A DNA stretch of 64,000 bases, from assembly GCF_022846255.1 (NCBI RefSeq), contig NZ_AP025682.1, one strand, 5' to 3'. The notes beneath the pieces are model-generated. The model saw only the letters and a program-made list of their open reading frames with translations, was not told where the DNA came from and ran no database searches. The number at the start of each line of letters is the position of its first letter. Positions within the stretch are counted from its first letter, which is position 1. Shown here piece by piece: positions 31,181-44,354 of the stretch. This DNA comes from Escherichia coli (GTDB lineage: Bacteria; Pseudomonadota; Gammaproteobacteria; Enterobacterales; Enterobacteriaceae). The translations under genes and the position numbers were made by a program.

Positions 31181-32833
31181 ATGTTTTGTGTGCAATGTGA
31201 ACAAACTATCCGTACTCCGGCAGGAAACGGCTGCTCATACGCGCAGGGGATGTGTGGTAAAACGGCGGAAACCTCTGACCTTCAGGATTTACTCATCGCG
31301 ACGCTGCAAGGGCTTTCGGCCTGGGCAGTGAAAGCACGTGAATACGGCATCATCAACCACGATGTAGACAGCTTTGCGCCACGTGCCTTTTTCTCAACCC
31401 TGACCAACGTTAACTTCGATTCTCCGCGTATTGTCGGCTACGCTCGTGAAGCGATTGCCCTGCGCGAGGCGCTGAAAGCACAGTGCCTGGCTGTAGATGC
31501 CAACGCCCGCGTCGATAACCCGATGGCTGACCTGCAACTGGTGAGTGACGATCTCGGCGAGCTGCAACGTCAGGCGGCGGAATTTACTCCCAATAAAGAT
31601 AAAGCGGCGATTGGCGAAAACATTCTCGGCCTGCGTCTGCTCTGCCTGTATGGCCTGAAAGGTGCGGCGGCCTATATGGAACACGCACACGTTCTCGGTC
31701 AATACGACAACGATATTTATGCACAGTACCATAAAATCATGGCGTGGCTGGGGACCTGGCCTGCCGATATGAACGCGCTTCTTGAGTGTTCAATGGAAAT
31801 CGGCCAGATGAACTTCAAAGTGATGAGCATTCTGGATGCAGGCGAAACCAGTAAATACGGTCACCCGACGCCAACCCAGGTCAACGTCAAAGCGACGGCA
31901 GGTAAATGCATTCTGATTTCCGGTCACGATCTCAAAGATCTCTACAACCTGCTGGAACAGACCGAAGGCACGGGCGTTAATGTCTACACCCACGGTGAAA
32001 TGCTGCCTGCGCATGGCTACCCGGAGCTGCGTAAATTCAAGCATCTGGTCGGTAACTACGGCAGCGGCTGGCAGAATCAGCAAGTGGAGTTCGCTCGTTT
32101 CCCTGGCCCCATCGTGATGACCTCGAACTGCATCATCGACCCAACCGTAGGCGCTTATGACGATCGTATCTGGACCCGCAGCATCGTTGGCTGGCCGGGT
32201 GTGCGTCATCTGGATGGCGAAGATTTCTCTGCGGTCATCGCCCAGGCGCAACAGATGGCGGGCTTCCCGTACAGCGAAATTCCGCACCTGATCACCGTGG
32301 GCTTTGGTCGCCAGACACTGCTTGGCGCAGCCGATACGCTGATTGATCTGGTGAGCCGTGAAAAACTGCGTCATATCTTCCTGCTTGGCGGCTGTGACGG
32401 CGCACGCGGCGAGCGTCACTACTTCACCGATTTCGCCACCAGCGTGCCGGATGACTGCCTGATCCTGACCCTCGCTTGCGGTAAATATCGCTTTAATAAA
32501 CTTGAGTTTGGCGATATCGAAGGTCTGCCGCGTCTGGTAGATGCTGGTCAGTGTAACGATGCTTACTCAGCAATTATTCTGGCGGTAACGCTGGCAGAGA
32601 AACTGGGCTGCGGAGTCAACGATCTGCCGCTGTCGCTGGTGCTCTCCTGGTTTGAACAGAAAGCGATTGTCATTCTGCTGACGCTGCTTTCTCTGGGTGT
32701 GAAAAATATCGTCACCGGCCCGACTGCACCTGGTTTCCTGACACCAGACCTGCTGGCGGTGCTGAACGAGAAATTCGGCCTGCGTTCTATCACCACTGTT
32801 GAAGAAGACATGAAGCAACTGTTGAGCGCGTAA
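31181..32833 (+). CDS. hcp: hydroxylamine reductase / hybrid-cluster protein Hcp
   Basis: ORF trimmed to [27 protein letters not shown]... (550 aa). Confidence 0.96.
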   Translation: MFCVQCEQTIRTPAGNGCSYAQGMCGKTAETSDLQDLLIATLQGLSAWAVKAREYGIINHDVDSFAPRAFFSTLTNVNFDSPRIVGYAREAIALREALKAQCLAVDANARVDNPMADLQLVSDDLGELQRQAAEFTPNKDKAAIGENILGLRLLCLYGLKGAAAYMEHAHVLGQYDNDIYAQYHKIMAWLGTWPADMNALLECSMEIGQMNFKVMSILDAGETSKYGHPTPTQVNVKATAGKCILISGHDLKDLYNLLEQTEGTGVNVYTHGEMLPAHGYPELRKFKHLVGNYGSGWQNQQVEFARFPGPIVMTSNCIIDPTVGAYDDRIWTRSIVGWPGVRHLDGEDFSAVIAQAQQMAGFPYSEIPHLITVGFGRQTLLGAADTLIDLVSREKLRHIFLLGGCDGARGERHYFTDFATSVPDDCLILTLACGKYRFNKLEFGDIEGLPRLVDAGQCNDAYSAIILAVTLAEKLGCGVNDLPLSLVLSWFEQKAIVILLTLLSLGVKNIVTGPTAPGFLTPDLLAVLNEKFGLRSITTVEEDMKQLLSA

Positions 32834-32844
32834 GGAGTTTGTCG

Positions 32845-33813
32845 ATGACGATGCCAACGAATCAATGCCCGTGGCGGATGCAGGTTCATCACATTACGCA
32901 AGAAACGCCGGATGTGTGGACGATTTCCCTGATTTGCCACGATTACTACCCATATCGCGCCGGGCAATATGCACTGGTCAGCGTGCGTAACTCAGCGGAA
33001 ACGCTGCGTGCTTACACCATTTCCTCCACGCCAGGCGTGAGTGAATACATTACCCTGACTGTGCGGCGGATTGATGACGGTGTCGGCTCCCAGTGGCTGA
33101 CGCGCGATGTAAAACGCGGTGATTATCTCTGGCTTTCGGACGCGATGGGGGAATTTACCTGCGACGATAAAGCAGAAGATAAATTCCTGTTGCTGGCGGC
33201 AGGCTGCGGCGTTACGCCGATTATGTCGATGCGTCGCTGGCTGGCGAAGAACCGTCCACAGGCCGATGTGCAGGTGATCTACAACGTGCGTACGCCGCAG
33301 GATGTGATTTTCGCCGATGAGTGGCGTAACTATCCGGTAACGCTGGTGGCGGAAAATAACGTTACCGAAGGCTTTATCGCTGGTCGTCTCACTCGCGAAC
33401 TGCTGGCAGGTGTCCCTGATTTAGCCTCACGTACCGTGATGACCTGTGGCCCTGCTCCATATATGGATTGGGTAGAGCAGGAAGTGAAAACGCTCGGCGT
33501 GACGCGTTTCTTTAAAGAGAAATTCTTCACCCCAGTAGCGGAAGCGGCGACCAGCGGTCTGAAATTCACCAAACTGCAACCGGCACGAGAATTTTACGCT
33601 CCGGTTGGCACCACGCTACTGGAGGCGCTGGAAAGCAATAACGTTCCGGTTGTCGCCGCCTGCCGTGCGGGTGTTTGCGGCTGCTGTAAGACGAAAGTGA
33701 TTTCCGGTGAATATACGGTGAGCAGCACAATGACGCTGACCGACGCCGAAATCGCTGAAGGTTACGTACTGGCCTGCTCCTGCCATCCGCAGGGGGATTT
33801 GGTTCTCGCATAA
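32845..33813 (+). CDS. hcr: NADH oxidoreductase for Hcp (Hcr)
   Basis: ORF trimmed to MTMPTNQCPWRMQVHH...; AAGGAG RBS; C-terminal 2Fe-2S Cys cluster. Confidence 0.95.
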   Translation: MTMPTNQCPWRMQVHHITQETPDVWTISLICHDYYPYRAGQYALVSVRNSAETLRAYTISSTPGVSEYITLTVRRIDDGVGSQWLTRDVKRGDYLWLSDAMGEFTCDDKAEDKFLLLAAGCGVTPIMSMRRWLAKNRPQADVQVIYNVRTPQDVIFADEWRNYPVTLVAENNVTEGFIAGRLTRELLAGVPDLASRTVMTCGPAPYMDWVEQEVKTLGVTRFFKEKFFTPVAEAATSGLKFTKLQPAREFYAPVGTTLLEALESNNVPVVAACRAGVCGCCKTKVISGEYTVSSTMTLTDAEIAEGYVLACSCHPQGDLVLA

Positions 33814-33822
33814 TCGCCTGAT

Positions 33823-33853
33823 GCCCGATGATATTCCTTTCATCGGGCTATTT
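33823..33853 (+). terminator. rho-independent terminator downstream of hcr
   Basis: 9-bp stem GCCCGATGA/TCATCGGGC followed by TATTT. Confidence 0.5.
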
Positions 33854-33945
33854 AACCGTTAGTGCCTCCTTTTTCTCCCATCCCTTCCCCCTCCGTCAGA
33901 TGAACTAAACTTGTTACCGTTATCACATTCAGGAGATGGAGAACC

Positions 33946-35664
33946 ATGAAACAAACGGTTGCAGCTTATATCGCCAAAACACTCGAATCGGCAGGCGTGA
34001 AACGCATCTGGGGAGTCACGGGCGACTCTCTGAACGGTCTTAGTGACAGTCTTAATCGCATGGGCACCATCGAGTGGATGTCCACCCGGCATGAAGAAGT
34101 GGCGGCGTTTGCCGCTGGCGCTGAAGCACAACTTAGCGGAGAACTGGCGGTCTGTGCCGGATCGTGCGGCCCCGGCAACCTGCACTTAATCAACGGCCTG
34201 TTCGATTGCCACCGCAATCACGTTCCGGTACTGGCGATTGCCGCTCATATTCCCTCCAGCGAAATTGGCAGCGGCTATTTCCAGGAAACCCACCCACAAG
34301 AGCTATTCCGCGAATGTAGTCACTATTGCGAGCTGGTTTCCAGCCCGGAGCAGATCCCACAAGTGCTGGCAATTGCTATGCGCAAAGCAGTGCTAAACCG
34401 TGGCGTTTCCGTTGTCGTGTTACCGGGCGACGTGGCGTTAAAACCTGCACCAGAAGGGGCAACTACCCACTGGTATCATGCGCCACAGCCAGTCGTGACG
34501 CCGGAAGAAGAAGAGTTACGCAAACTGGCGCAACTGCTGCGTTACTCCAGCAATATCGCCCTGATGTGCGGCAGTGGCTGCGCGGGGGCGCATAAAGAGT
34601 TAGTTGAGTTTGCCGGGAAAATTAAAGCGCCTATTGTTCATGCCCTGCGCGGTAAAGAGCATGTCGAATACGATAATCCATATGATGTCGGAATGACGGG
34701 ATTAATCGGCTTCTCGTCAGGTTTCCATACCATGATGAATGCCGATACGTTAGTGCTGCTCGGCACGCAATTTCCCTACCGCGCGTTCTACCCGACCGAT
34801 GCCAAAATTATTCAGATTGATATCAACCCAGCCAGCATCGGCGCGCATAGCAAGGTAGATATGGCGCTGGTCGGCGATATCAAATCAACCCTGCGGGCAT
34901 TGCTGCCACTGGTGGAAGAAAAAACCGATCGCAAGTTTCTGGATAAAGCGCTGGAAGATTACCGCGACGCCCGCAAAGGGCTGGATGATTTAGCTAAACC
35001 GAGCGAGAAAGCCATTCACCCGCAATATCTGGCGCAGCAAATTAGTCATTTTGCCGCCGATGACGCCATCTTTACCTGTGACGTTGGTACGCCAACGGTG
35101 TGGGCGGCACGTTATCTGAAAATGAACGGCAAGCGTCGTCTGTTAGGTTCGTTTAACCACGGTTCGATGGCTAACGCCATGCCGCAGGCGCTGGGTGCGC
35201 AGGCAACCGAGCCGGAACGTCAGGTGGTCGCCATGTGCGGCGATGGCGGTTTCAGTATGTTGATGGGCGATTTCCTCTCAGTAATGCAGATGAAATTGCC
35301 AGTGAAAATTATCGTCTTTAATAACAGCGTGCTGGGCTTTGTGGCGATGGAGATGAAAGCTGGAGGCTACCTGACAGACGGTACTGAGCTGCACGACACC
35401 AACTTTGCCCGCATTGCCGAAGCGTGCGGAATTACGGGTATTCGCGTGGAAAAAGCCTCTGAAGTCGATGAAGCCCTGCAACGCGCCTTTTCCATCGACG
35501 GTCCGGTGTTGGTGGATGTGGTAGTAGCCAAAGAAGAGTTAGCCATTCCACCGCAGATCAAACTTGAACAGGCCAAAGGATTTAGCTTGTATATGTTGCG
35601 CGCAATCATCAGCGGACGCGGTGATGAAGTGATCGAACTGGCGAAAACGAACTGGCTAAGGTAA
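33946..35664 (+). CDS. poxB: pyruvate oxidase (ubiquinone) PoxB
   Basis: 572-aa [35 protein letters not shown]...; TPP-enzyme architecture. Confidence 0.96.
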   Translation: MKQTVAAYIAKTLESAGVKRIWGVTGDSLNGLSDSLNRMGTIEWMSTRHEEVAAFAAGAEAQLSGELAVCAGSCGPGNLHLINGLFDCHRNHVPVLAIAAHIPSSEIGSGYFQETHPQELFRECSHYCELVSSPEQIPQVLAIAMRKAVLNRGVSVVVLPGDVALKPAPEGATTHWYHAPQPVVTPEEEELRKLAQLLRYSSNIALMCGSGCAGAHKELVEFAGKIKAPIVHALRGKEHVEYDNPYDVGMTGLIGFSSGFHTMMNADTLVLLGTQFPYRAFYPTDAKIIQIDINPASIGAHSKVDMALVGDIKSTLRALLPLVEEKTDRKFLDKALEDYRDARKGLDDLAKPSEKAIHPQYLAQQISHFAADDAIFTCDVGTPTVWAARYLKMNGKRRLLGSFNHGSMANAMPQALGAQATEPERQVVAMCGDGGFSMLMGDFLSVMQMKLPVKIIVFNNSVLGFVAMEMKAGGYLTDGTELHDTNFARIAEACGITGIRVEKASEVDEALQRAFSIDGPVLVDVVVAKEELAIPPQIKLEQAKGFSLYMLRAIISGRGDEVIELAKTNWLR

Positions 35665-35700
35665 AAAGGGTGGCATTTCCCGTCATAATAAGGACATGCC

Positions 35701-36702
35701 ATGATTGATTTACGCAGTGATACCGTTACCCGACCGAGCCGCGCCATGCTCGAAGCAATGATGGCCGCCCCGGTTGGGGACGACGTTTACGGAGACGACC
35801 CTACCGTTAATGCTCTGCAGGACTATGCGGCAGAGCTTTCCGGTAAAGAAGCCGCCATTTTTCTGCCGACCGGCACCCAGGCTAACCTGGTCGCTCTGCT
35901 CAGTCACTGCGAACGCGGCGAAGAGTATATTGTCGGTCAGGCCGCACACAACTATCTGTTTGAAGCCGGTGGCGCAGCGGTGCTGGGCAGTATTCAACCG
36001 CAACCCATCGACGCGGCTGCCGACGGCACGCTACCGCTGGATAAAGTGGCGATGAAAATCAAACCCGACGATATCCATTTCGCCCGCACCAAATTACTCA
36101 GTCTGGAAAACACTCACAACGGCAAAGTGCTGCCGCGTGAATACCTCAAAGAAGCATGGGAATTTACCCGCGAGCGCAATCTGGCGCTGCATGTGGACGG
36201 TGCGCGCATCTTTAATGCCGTGGTGGCTTACGGCTGCGAACTGAAAGAGATCACACAATATTGTGATTCGTTCACCATTTGCCTGTCGAAAGGTCTTGGG
36301 ACGCCAGTCGGTTCATTACTCGTCGGTAATCGTGATTACATTAAACGTGCCATTCGCTGGCGGAAAATGACCGGTGGCGGGATGCGCCAGTCCGGCATTC
36401 TGGCTGCCGCCGGGCTGTATGCCCTGAAAAATAACGTCGCGCGCTTACAGGAAGACCACGACAACGCCGCCTGGATGGCGGAGCAGTTGCGTGAAGCAGG
36501 CGCGGATGTGATGCGTCAGGACACCAATATGCTGTTTGTTCGCGTCGGGGAAGAAAATGCTGCCGCGTTAGGCGAATACATGAAAGCGAGAAACGTGTTG
36601 ATTAACGCCTCGCCGATTGTCCGCCTGGTGACCCATCTTGACGTCTCGCGTGCACAACTGGCGGAAGTCGCCGCCCACTGGCGCGCATTCCTGGCGCGTT
36701 AA
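35701..36702 (+). CDS. ltaE: low-specificity L-threonine aldolase
   Basis: 333-aa [43 protein letters not shown]... Confidence 0.95.
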   Translation: MIDLRSDTVTRPSRAMLEAMMAAPVGDDVYGDDPTVNALQDYAAELSGKEAAIFLPTGTQANLVALLSHCERGEEYIVGQAAHNYLFEAGGAAVLGSIQPQPIDAAADGTLPLDKVAMKIKPDDIHFARTKLLSLENTHNGKVLPREYLKEAWEFTRERNLALHVDGARIFNAVVAYGCELKEITQYCDSFTICLSKGLGTPVGSLLVGNRDYIKRAIRWRKMTGGGMRQSGILAAAGLYALKNNVARLQEDHDNAAWMAEQLREAGADVMRQDTNMLFVRVGEENAAALGEYMKARNVLINASPIVRLVTHLDVSRAQLAEVAAHWRAFLAR

Positions 36703-36712
36703 GGAGGGAGAC

Positions 36713-38143
36713 GTGCCGCAACGCATTTTAGTTCTCGGTGCCAGTGGCTACATTGGTCAGCATCTGGTGCACACACTCAGCCAGCAAGGGCATCAGATCC
36801 TGGCGGCGGCACGTCACGTCGACAGACTTGCAAAACTGCAACTGGCTAATGTCAGTTGCCATAAAGTCGATCTCAACTGGCCGGATAACCTTCCGGCCCT
36901 GTTGCAGAATATTGATACTGTCTATTTTCTGGTGCACAGCATGGGCGAAGGCGGTGATTTTATCGCTCAGGAGCGCCAGGTGGCTCTCAACGTCCGCGAT
37001 GCGCTACGCGAAGTGCCAGTTAAACAATTAATCTTTCTCAGTTCGTTGCAGGCTCCGCCACATGAGCAGTCTGACCATCTGCGCGCCCGTCAGGCTACGG
37101 CGGATATTCTTCGTGAAGCGGGTGTCCCGGTGACCGAATTGCGTGCCGGAATAATCGTTGGTGCAGGTTCAGCGGCGTTCGAAGTCATGCGCGATATGGT
37201 CTACAACCTGCCAGTGTTAACGCCGCCACGCTGGGTTCGTTCACGCACCACGCCCATCGCGCTGGAAAACTTGCTGCACTATCTGGTGGCGCTGTTAGAT
37301 CATCCGGCCAGCGAACATCGCATCTTCGAAGCCGCCGGACCAGAAGTGCTCAGTTATCAGCAACAGTTTGAACATTTTATGGCGGTGAGCGGTAAGCGCC
37401 GCTGGTTGCTCCCCATCCCCTTTCCCACCCGCTGGATTTCGGTGTGGTTTCTCAATGTGATTACTTCCGTACCGCCCACCACCGCCAAAGCGTTGATTCA
37501 GGGGCTGAAACACGATCTGCTGGCGGATGACACCGCGCTACGTGCGCTCATCCCACAACGGCTGATCGCTTTCGATGACGCGGTACGTAGCACGTTGAAA
37601 GAGGAAGAAAAACTGGTCAACTCCAGCGACTGGGGCTACGACGCGCAGGCTTTTGCCCGCTGGCGACCGGAGTACGGTTATTTTGCCAAACAGGCGGGGT
37701 TTACCGTTAAAACGTCTGCTAGCCTTCAGGCGCTATGGCGGGTGGTCAATCAAATCGGCGGTAAAGAGCGTTATTTCTTTGGCAATATTTTGTGGCAAAC
37801 CCGGGCGTTGATGGACCGCGCGATCGGGCATAAGCTGGCGAAAGGCCGCCCGGAACGTGAATATTTGCAGACCGGAGATGCGGTGGATAGCTGGAAAGTG
37901 ATTGTCGTTGAACCGCAAAAACAACTTACGCTGTTATTTGGCATGAAAGCGCCGGGGCTGGGACGACTGTGTTTTACCCTGGAAGATAAAGGTGACTGTC
38001 GTACTATCGATGTTCGCGCATTCTGGCATCCGCACGGTATGCCGGGGCTGTTTTACTGGTTATTGATGATCCCCGCGCATCTGTTTATTTTTCGCGGAAT
38101 GGCAAAACAAATCGCCAGACTGGCAGAACAAAGCACAGATTAA
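36713..38143 (+). CDS. ybjT: NAD(P)-binding Rossmann-fold protein YbjT
   Basis: ORF 36638..38143 trimmed to the GTG at 36713 ([16 protein letters not shown]) preceded by AAGGAGGG; gives 476 aa. Confidence 0.8.
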   Translation: MPQRILVLGASGYIGQHLVHTLSQQGHQILAAARHVDRLAKLQLANVSCHKVDLNWPDNLPALLQNIDTVYFLVHSMGEGGDFIAQERQVALNVRDALREVPVKQLIFLSSLQAPPHEQSDHLRARQATADILREAGVPVTELRAGIIVGAGSAAFEVMRDMVYNLPVLTPPRWVRSRTTPIALENLLHYLVALLDHPASEHRIFEAAGPEVLSYQQQFEHFMAVSGKRRWLLPIPFPTRWISVWFLNVITSVPPTTAKALIQGLKHDLLADDTALRALIPQRLIAFDDAVRSTLKEEEKLVNSSDWGYDAQAFARWRPEYGYFAKQAGFTVKTSASLQALWRVVNQIGGKERYFFGNILWQTRALMDRAIGHKLAKGRPEREYLQTGDAVDSWKVIVVEPQKQLTLLFGMKAPGLGRLCFTLEDKGDCRTIDVRAFWHPHGMPGLFYWLLMIPAHLFIFRGMAKQIARLAEQSTD

Positions 38144-38241
38144 TCGACAAAACCTGCGTTATTCTTTCATGTTTCCCATTGCATCATGGGGGAAATCACG
38201 GAAGAATGCGCACGTTATTTTCTCAACAACAGTGGATTGAT

Positions 38242-39255
38242 ATGAAGGTACTGGTTACCGGCGCCACCAGCGGCTTAGGTCGAAACGCGGTAGAGTTTTT
38301 ATGCCAGAAAGGCATCAGCGTGCGAGCGACCGGTCGCAACGAGGCAATGGGTAAATTGCTGGAAAAAATGGGCGCAGAGTTTGTTCCGGCGGATCTGACC
38401 GAGCTGGTCTCATCACAAGCTAAAGTGATGCTCGCGGGCATTGATACGCTGTGGCACTGCTCCAGCTTTACCTCGCCCTGGGGGACACAACAGGCTTTCG
38501 ATCTGGCTAACGTTCGCGCCACTCGCCGCCTGGGTGAATGGGCTGTCGCCTGGGGTGTGCGTAACTTTATTCATATCTCTTCCCCCTCCCTGTACTTCGA
38601 TTATCACCACCATCGCGATATTAAAGAAGATTTTCGCCCTCACCGCTTCGCCAACGAGTTTGCCCGCAGCAAAGCAGCCAGCGAAGAGGTGATCAATATG
38701 CTTTCGCAGGCGAATCCACAAACGCGCTTTACTATTCTGCGCCCACAAAGTCTGTTCGGACCGCACGATAAAGTCTTTATCCCCCGTCTGGCGCATATGA
38801 TGCACCACTATGGCAGCATTCTGTTACCGCATGGCGGCAGTGCGCTGGTGGATATGACCTACTATGAAAATGCCGTGCACGCCATGTGGCTGGCAAGCCA
38901 GGAAGCCTGCGATAAGCTACCTTCCGGGCGTGTGTACAACATCACCAATGGCGAGCATCGCACACTGCGCAGCATCGTGCAGAAGCTGATCGACGAGTTG
39001 AATATTGACTGTCGTATTCGTTCCGTCCCCTACCCGATGCTGGATATGATCGCCCGCAGCATGGAGCGTTTAGGTCGCAAGTCAGCTAAAGAGCCGCCGC
39101 TAACCCACTACGGCGTCTCCAAGTTGAATTTTGACTTTACGCTGGATATTACGCGCGCGCAGGAAGAGCTAGGTTATCAGCCAGTCCTTACCCTGGATGA
39201 AGGTATCGAGAAAACTGCCGCCTGGCTACGCGACCACGGAAAACTGCCGCGCTAA
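38242..39255 (+). CDS. ybjS: NAD-dependent epimerase/dehydratase-family protein YbjS
   Basis: ORF trimmed to [20 protein letters not shown]... (337 aa). Confidence 0.85.
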   Translation: MKVLVTGATSGLGRNAVEFLCQKGISVRATGRNEAMGKLLEKMGAEFVPADLTELVSSQAKVMLAGIDTLWHCSSFTSPWGTQQAFDLANVRATRRLGEWAVAWGVRNFIHISSPSLYFDYHHHRDIKEDFRPHRFANEFARSKAASEEVINMLSQANPQTRFTILRPQSLFGPHDKVFIPRLAHMMHHYGSILLPHGGSALVDMTYYENAVHAMWLASQEACDKLPSGRVYNITNGEHRTLRSIVQKLIDELNIDCRIRSVPYPMLDMIARSMERLGRKSAKEPPLTHYGVSKLNFDFTLDITRAQEELGYQPVLTLDEGIEKTAAWLRDHGKLPR

Positions 39256-40082
39256 TCCTGCCCGTATTTCTCCAGCAACGCTTCGGCAATCGCCTGAGTT
39301 TCTGCATCCGCTTCGCCGTTATATAACGTCGGGCGGAAATGCATCTGGAACGCCATAATCACGCGCCGCTGCTCGCGCGGTGTCATATCAGGTTTTACGT
39401 CATAACCGTAGCGCGCCAAAAGCTCCAGTAATGATGCGGTATCTACCGGTGTGTGCGGCGCGCGCCCGGCAAGGTAAAAGTTCACCCGCTGCGCATCCGG
39501 CCAGGCACCAATCCCCTGCTGCGCCAGTTGTTGCCAGGGGAATAACGGCCCCGGATCGTCTTTGCGCTGCGGCGCAATATCCGCATGTGCCACTACGTTT
39601 TCCGGCTTGATGTGATAACGGACAATAATATCTTTCGCCAGCGGAATAAGCGCCTGAATCTGTGCCTGTTCAAACGGGGCAAAATATTTCACTCCGGCTG
39701 ATTTCTGCCAGCCACGGTTTTCCAGCTCAATGCCAATAGAGGTGTCGTTAAGACGCGTTGCCCCGCGCCAGGCGCTAATTCCCGCATGCCAGGCCAGTTC
39801 CTGTTCCGGCACCAGTTGCCAGATGCGCGGTTTACCGTTGTATCGCGGTGGTACCGCAGGGACCAGATAATGCGAGCTGACCTGCTTATCGGTCAGTGTC
39901 GCCAGCGAGCTATCAAAATCATCTGCGGTGTAGTGGATCACCAGCACTTTAATGCGCGGATACGCCGCCTGCGCCTGGCGTCGGGTATCAAGCTGATATC
40001 CCTCTTTCTCGACAATGCCTTTTTCGCCTGTGCACCCTGCCAGTAACAGAGCGGCAGCGACCAGCCAGAAGACTCTTCTCAT
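39252..40082 (-). CDS. amiD: N-acetylmuramoyl-L-alanine amidase AmiD (lipoprotein)
   Basis: 276-aa ORF with lipobox LLAGC. Confidence 0.9.
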
Positions 40083-40402
40083 CGACGCGTTTTCACCGCC
40101 GTACCGCTGACGCTAACCATCAGCATACTGCCGTTTTGCCCGACCGTTTCGTAGTCGATATCAATACCGACGACGGCATCAGCCCCCAGCGCTCGCGCCT
40201 GGGAGCCGAGCTCCTCAAAGGCAATCTCCCGCGCTTTACGCAGTTCTTTTTCGTAGGCACCGGAGCGTCCGCCAACGATATCGCGGATACCGGCAAAGAA
40301 ATCACGGAAAATATTCGCGCCTAAAATCGCTTCGCCAGTCACCACACCGCAATATTCAACGATGGTCTGGCCTTCCAGAGTTGGGGTTGTAGAAAATTGC
40401 AT
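40079..40402 (-). CDS. ybjQ: UPF0145-family protein YbjQ
   Basis: 107-aa ORF; 4-bp overlap with amiD. Confidence 0.88.
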
Positions 40403-40527
40403 GATCGATCTCCTTGTTTGCTAAGCCTTCGATCTTCAAAGCATTATCGGACTGATACGCTATTATTGAAAGGATATCATTATTATCGTAGAACGCTTTC
40501 AAGGTGTTCGCTTATAAGGAAATCATC

Positions 40528-41043
40528 ATGCGCTATAGCAAATTGACCATGCTTATCCCTTGCGCACTGCTACTCAGTGCCTGTACCACCGTCACGCCAG
40601 CTTATAAAGATAACGGCCCCCGCACCGGTTCCTGTGTCCAGGGGGGGCCTGATAGCGTGGCTCAACAGTTCTATGACTACCGCATTCAACATCGCGGCAA
40701 TGACATTACCGCTCTGCGCCCCTATTTGAGTGACAAACTGGCAACCCTACTTAGCGATGCCAGCCGCGATAATAGTCATCGTGAATTGTTAAGCAGCGAT
40801 CCGTTCTCCAGTCGAACCACCTTGCCAGACAGCGCCCACGTTGCCAGTGCATCTACTATCCCTAATCGTGATGCCCGTAACATTCCATTGCGCGTGGATC
40901 TCAAGCAGGGTGACCAGGGCTGGCAGGATGAAGTGTTAATGATTCAGGAAGGCCAGTGTTGGGTCATCGACGATGTGCGCTACTTAGGCGGTAGCGTTCA
41001 TGCCACGGCGGGTACGCTCCGTCAGTCCATCGAGAATCGCTAA
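40528..41043 (+). CDS. ybjP: lipoprotein YbjP
   Basis: ORF trimmed to MRYSKLTMLIPCALLLSAC... (lipobox). Confidence 0.85.
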   Translation: MRYSKLTMLIPCALLLSACTTVTPAYKDNGPRTGSCVQGGPDSVAQQFYDYRIQHRGNDITALRPYLSDKLATLLSDASRDNSHRELLSSDPFSSRTTLPDSAHVASASTIPNRDARNIPLRVDLKQGDQGWQDEVLMIQEGQCWVIDDVRYLGGSVHATAGTLRQSIENR

Positions 41044-41260
41044 CGTCTTGATCAACCAATAAACCCCGTAAATTGTCCGGCATTTCGTGAGGAATGCCGA
41101 CATTTATGCTCGCCGACCACCGCCCCCGTTATTTTGTGCTATGTTTATTGAATAATGCGCTTTGCTTTTAACTTTTAAAGCAGAAATATTGCATAATTAT
41201 TCTGTCAAAGGTACTATCTTCGACCTCAATAGCTATCAGACTGCCAGTATACGAGTGTCA

Positions 41261-41989
41261 ATGAGTATTCAATTAAACGGCATTAATTGCTTCTACGGCG
41301 CGCATCAGGCGCTGTTCGATATCACGCTGGATTGCCCACAGGGCGAAACGCTGGTGTTACTTGGCCCCAGCGGCGCGGGTAAAAGCTCGCTGCTGCGTGT
41401 ACTCAATCTGCTTGAGATGCCGCGCTCCGGTACGCTCAACATTGCAGGCAACCATTTCGATTTCACCAAAACCCCCTCTGACAAAGCGATTCGCGATTTG
41501 CGTCGTAACGTTGGCATGGTGTTTCAGCAATACAACCTGTGGCCGCATCTGACCGTGCAGCAAAACCTGATTGAAGCGCCCTGTCGTGTACTGGGGTTGA
41601 GTAAAGATCAGGCGCTGGCCCGTGCAGAAAAACTGCTGGAACGTCTGCGTCTCAAACCTTATAGCGATCGTTACCCGCTGCATCTTTCTGGTGGTCAGCA
41701 GCAGCGTGTTGCTATTGCCCGTGCGTTGATGATGGAACCGCAGGTACTGCTGTTCGATGAACCGACCGCCGCACTGGACCCCGAAATTACGGCACAAATC
41801 GTCAGCATCATTCGTGAGCTGGCAGAAACGAATATTACCCAGGTGATCGTCACCCACGAAGTTGAAGTGGCGCGTAAAACCGCCAGCCGAGTGGTGTATA
41901 TGGAAAACGGTCATATCGTAGAACAAGGCGACGCGAGCTGCTTTACCGAGCCGCAAACCGAAGCATTTAAAAACTATCTCTCTCACTAA
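41261..41989 (+). CDS. artP: arginine ABC transporter ATP-binding protein ArtP
   Basis: ORF 41162..41989 trimmed to [23 protein letters not shown]... (242 aa); Walker [10 protein letters not shown]. Confidence 0.95.
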
Positions 41990-42006
41990 GATTCGGGATA
42001 ACAACA

Positions 42007-42738
42007 ATGAAAAAAGTTCTGATTGCCGCGTTAATTGCAGGTTTTAGTCTTTCCGCCACAGCAGCCGAAACCATTCGTTTTGCCACCGAAGCCTCCTATC
42101 CTCCGTTTGAATCGATTGATGCAAACAACCAGATCGTTGGTTTTGATGTCGACCTGGCGCAGGCATTGTGTAAAGAGATTGATGCAACCTGCACTTTCTC
42201 TAACCAGGCGTTTGACAGCCTGATCCCAAGCCTGAAATTCCGTCGCGTAGAAGCAGTGATGGCGGGCATGGATATCACTCCGGAGCGTGAAAAGCAGGTG
42301 CTGTTTACCACCCCGTACTATGACAACTCTGCCCTGTTTGTGGGTCAGCAAGGCAAATACACCAGTGTTGATCAGCTGAAAGGCAAAAAAGTCGGCGTTC
42401 AGAACGGGACGACACACCAGAAGTTCATTATGGATAAGCATCCGGAAATCACTACCGTGCCATATGACAGTTACCAGAACGCAAAACTGGATCTGCAAAA
42501 CGGTCGTATCGACAGCGTATTTGGTGACACCGCAGTGGTAACCGAATGGCTGAAAGATAACCCGAAACTGGCGGCAGTGGGCGATAAAGTGACCGATAAA
42601 GATTACTTCGGTACTGGCCTCGGCATCGCAGTACGCCAGGGCAACACTGAACTGCAGCAGAAACTCAACACTGCGCTGGAAAAAGTGAAGAAAGATGGCA
42701 CTTACGAAACCATCTACAACAAATGGTTCCAGAAGTAA
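42007..42738 (+). CDS. artI: arginine-binding periplasmic protein ArtI
   Basis: 243-aa ORF with signal peptide. Confidence 0.95.
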   Translation: MKKVLIAALIAGFSLSATAAETIRFATEASYPPFESIDANNQIVGFDVDLAQALCKEIDATCTFSNQAFDSLIPSLKFRRVEAVMAGMDITPEREKQVLFTTPYYDNSALFVGQQGKYTSVDQLKGKKVGVQNGTTHQKFIMDKHPEITTVPYDSYQNAKLDLQNGRIDSVFGDTAVVTEWLKDNPKLAAVGDKVTDKDYFGTGLGIAVRQGNTELQQKLNTALEKVKKDGTYETIYNKWFQK

Positions 42739-42744
42739 TTCCTG

Positions 42745-43461
42745 ATGAATGAATTTTTTCCTTTAGCAAGCGCCGCCGGGATGACCGTCGGCCTTGCCGT
42801 TTGTGCATTGATTGTCGGGCTGGCGCTGGCGATGTTCTTTGCGGTATGGGAGTCTGCGAAATGGCGTCCTGTCGCGTGGGCAGGTTCAGCGCTGGTAACC
42901 ATTCTGCGTGGCCTGCCAGAAATTCTGGTGGTGCTGTTTATCTATTTTGGCTCCTCGCAGCTGCTGCTGACGCTTTCGGATGGCTTCACTATCAATCTTG
43001 GGTTCGTGCAGATCCCGGTGCAGATGGACATTGAGAACTTCGACGTTAGCCCGTTCCTTTGTGGTGTCATCGCACTGTCACTGCTGTATGCCGCCTATGC
43101 CTCGCAAACGCTGCGTGGTGCATTAAAAGCGGTGCCGGTGGGTCAGTGGGAATCCGGTCAGGCGCTGGGGCTGTCGAAATCGGCTATCTTTTTCCGTCTG
43201 GTGATGCCGCAGATGTGGCGTCATGCGCTGCCGGGTCTCGGTAACCAGTGGCTGGTGCTGCTGAAAGATACCGCGCTGGTCAGTTTGATTAGTGTGAATG
43301 ATTTAATGCTACAAACCAAAAGCATCGCTACCCGTACACAGGAACCGTTTACCTGGTACATTGTGGCGGCGGTGATTTACCTGGTGATCACCCTGCTCAG
43401 TCAGTACATTCTCAAACGCATTGACCTGCGCGCGACACGTTTTGAGCGGAGGCCCAGCTAA
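42745..43461 (+). CDS. artQ: arginine ABC transporter permease ArtQ
   Basis: 238-aa membrane ORF. Confidence 0.95.
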   Translation: MNEFFPLASAAGMTVGLAVCALIVGLALAMFFAVWESAKWRPVAWAGSALVTILRGLPEILVVLFIYFGSSQLLLTLSDGFTINLGFVQIPVQMDIENFDVSPFLCGVIALSLLYAAYASQTLRGALKAVPVGQWESGQALGLSKSAIFFRLVMPQMWRHALPGLGNQWLVLLKDTALVSLISVNDLMLQTKSIATRTQEPFTWYIVAAVIYLVITLLSQYILKRIDLRATRFERRPS

Positions 43462-44129
43462 TGTTTGAGTATTTACCCGAACTGATGAAAGGGCTGCACA
43501 CCAGCCTGACGCTAACCGTTGCCTCGCTGATTGTGGCACTGATTCTGGCATTGATTTTTACCATCATCCTGACGCTGAAAACGCCGGTGCTGGTGTGGCT
43601 GGTGCGGGGCTATATCACGCTGTTTACCGGTACGCCGCTGCTGGTGCAGATCTTCCTGATTTATTACGGACCGGGCCAGTTCCCAATGTTGCAGGAGTAT
43701 CCGGCACTGTGGCATTTGTTGTCAGAACCGTGGTTATGTGCGCTGATTGCGTTGTCGCTGAACAGTGCGGCGTACACCACGCAGCTGTTTTACGGTGCGA
43801 TTCGCGCGATCCCGGAAGGTCAATGGCAGTCCTGTAGCGCCCTGGGAATGAGCAAAAAAGATACGCTGGCGATCCTGCTACCGTACGCGTTTAAACGCTC
43901 GCTCTCTTCTTATTCCAACGAAGTGGTGCTGGTGTTCAAAAGTACCTCTCTGGCTTACACCATTACGCTCATGGAAGTGATGGGATACAGCCAGTTGTTG
44001 TACGGACGCACCTACGATGTCATGGTGTTCGGTGCGGCAGGGATTATTTACCTGGTCGTCAACGGCCTGCTGACGCTGATGATGCGTCTGATCGAGCGTA
44101 AAGCACTGGCATTCGAACGGCGGAATTAA
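43461..44129 (+). CDS. artM: arginine ABC transporter permease ArtM
   Basis: 222-aa membrane ORF. Confidence 0.95.
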   Translation: MFEYLPELMKGLHTSLTLTVASLIVALILALIFTIILTLKTPVLVWLVRGYITLFTGTPLLVQIFLIYYGPGQFPMLQEYPALWHLLSEPWLCALIALSLNSAAYTTQLFYGAIRAIPEGQWQSCSALGMSKKDTLAILLPYAFKRSLSSYSNEVVLVFKSTSLAYTITLMEVMGYSQLLYGRTYDVMVFGAAGIIYLVVNGLLTLMMRLIERKALAFERRN

Positions 44130-44139
44130 TGTAGCTGCA

Positions 44140-44182
44140 TGCTGATGCCGGATGCGGCGTGAACGCCTTATCCGGCCTACAT
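44140..44182. repeat. REP (repetitive extragenic palindromic) element
   Basis: GCCGGATGCGGCGTGAACGCCTTATCCGGCCTAC matches the canonical E. coli REP consensus. Confidence 0.75.
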
Positions 44183-44205
44183 AGTGCATAAATTCTTATT
44201 ATGAA

Positions 44206-44240
44206 GACGGACAACCCACTAAGTTGTCCGTCTTTTTTTA
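44206..44240 (+). terminator. rho-independent terminator after the artPIQM operon
   Basis: hairpin GACGGACAAC-CCACTAA-GTTGTCCGTC followed by a T7 tract. Confidence 0.65.
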
Positions 44241-44354
44241 TTTCATACAAATTATTTACTCATATTTATTGCATATAAATTCACTTGATGGCATTGTTAT
44301 CCCATGCCGCAGACACGGCCAAAAATCATAAGATTGACAGACGGGAGTTCCATC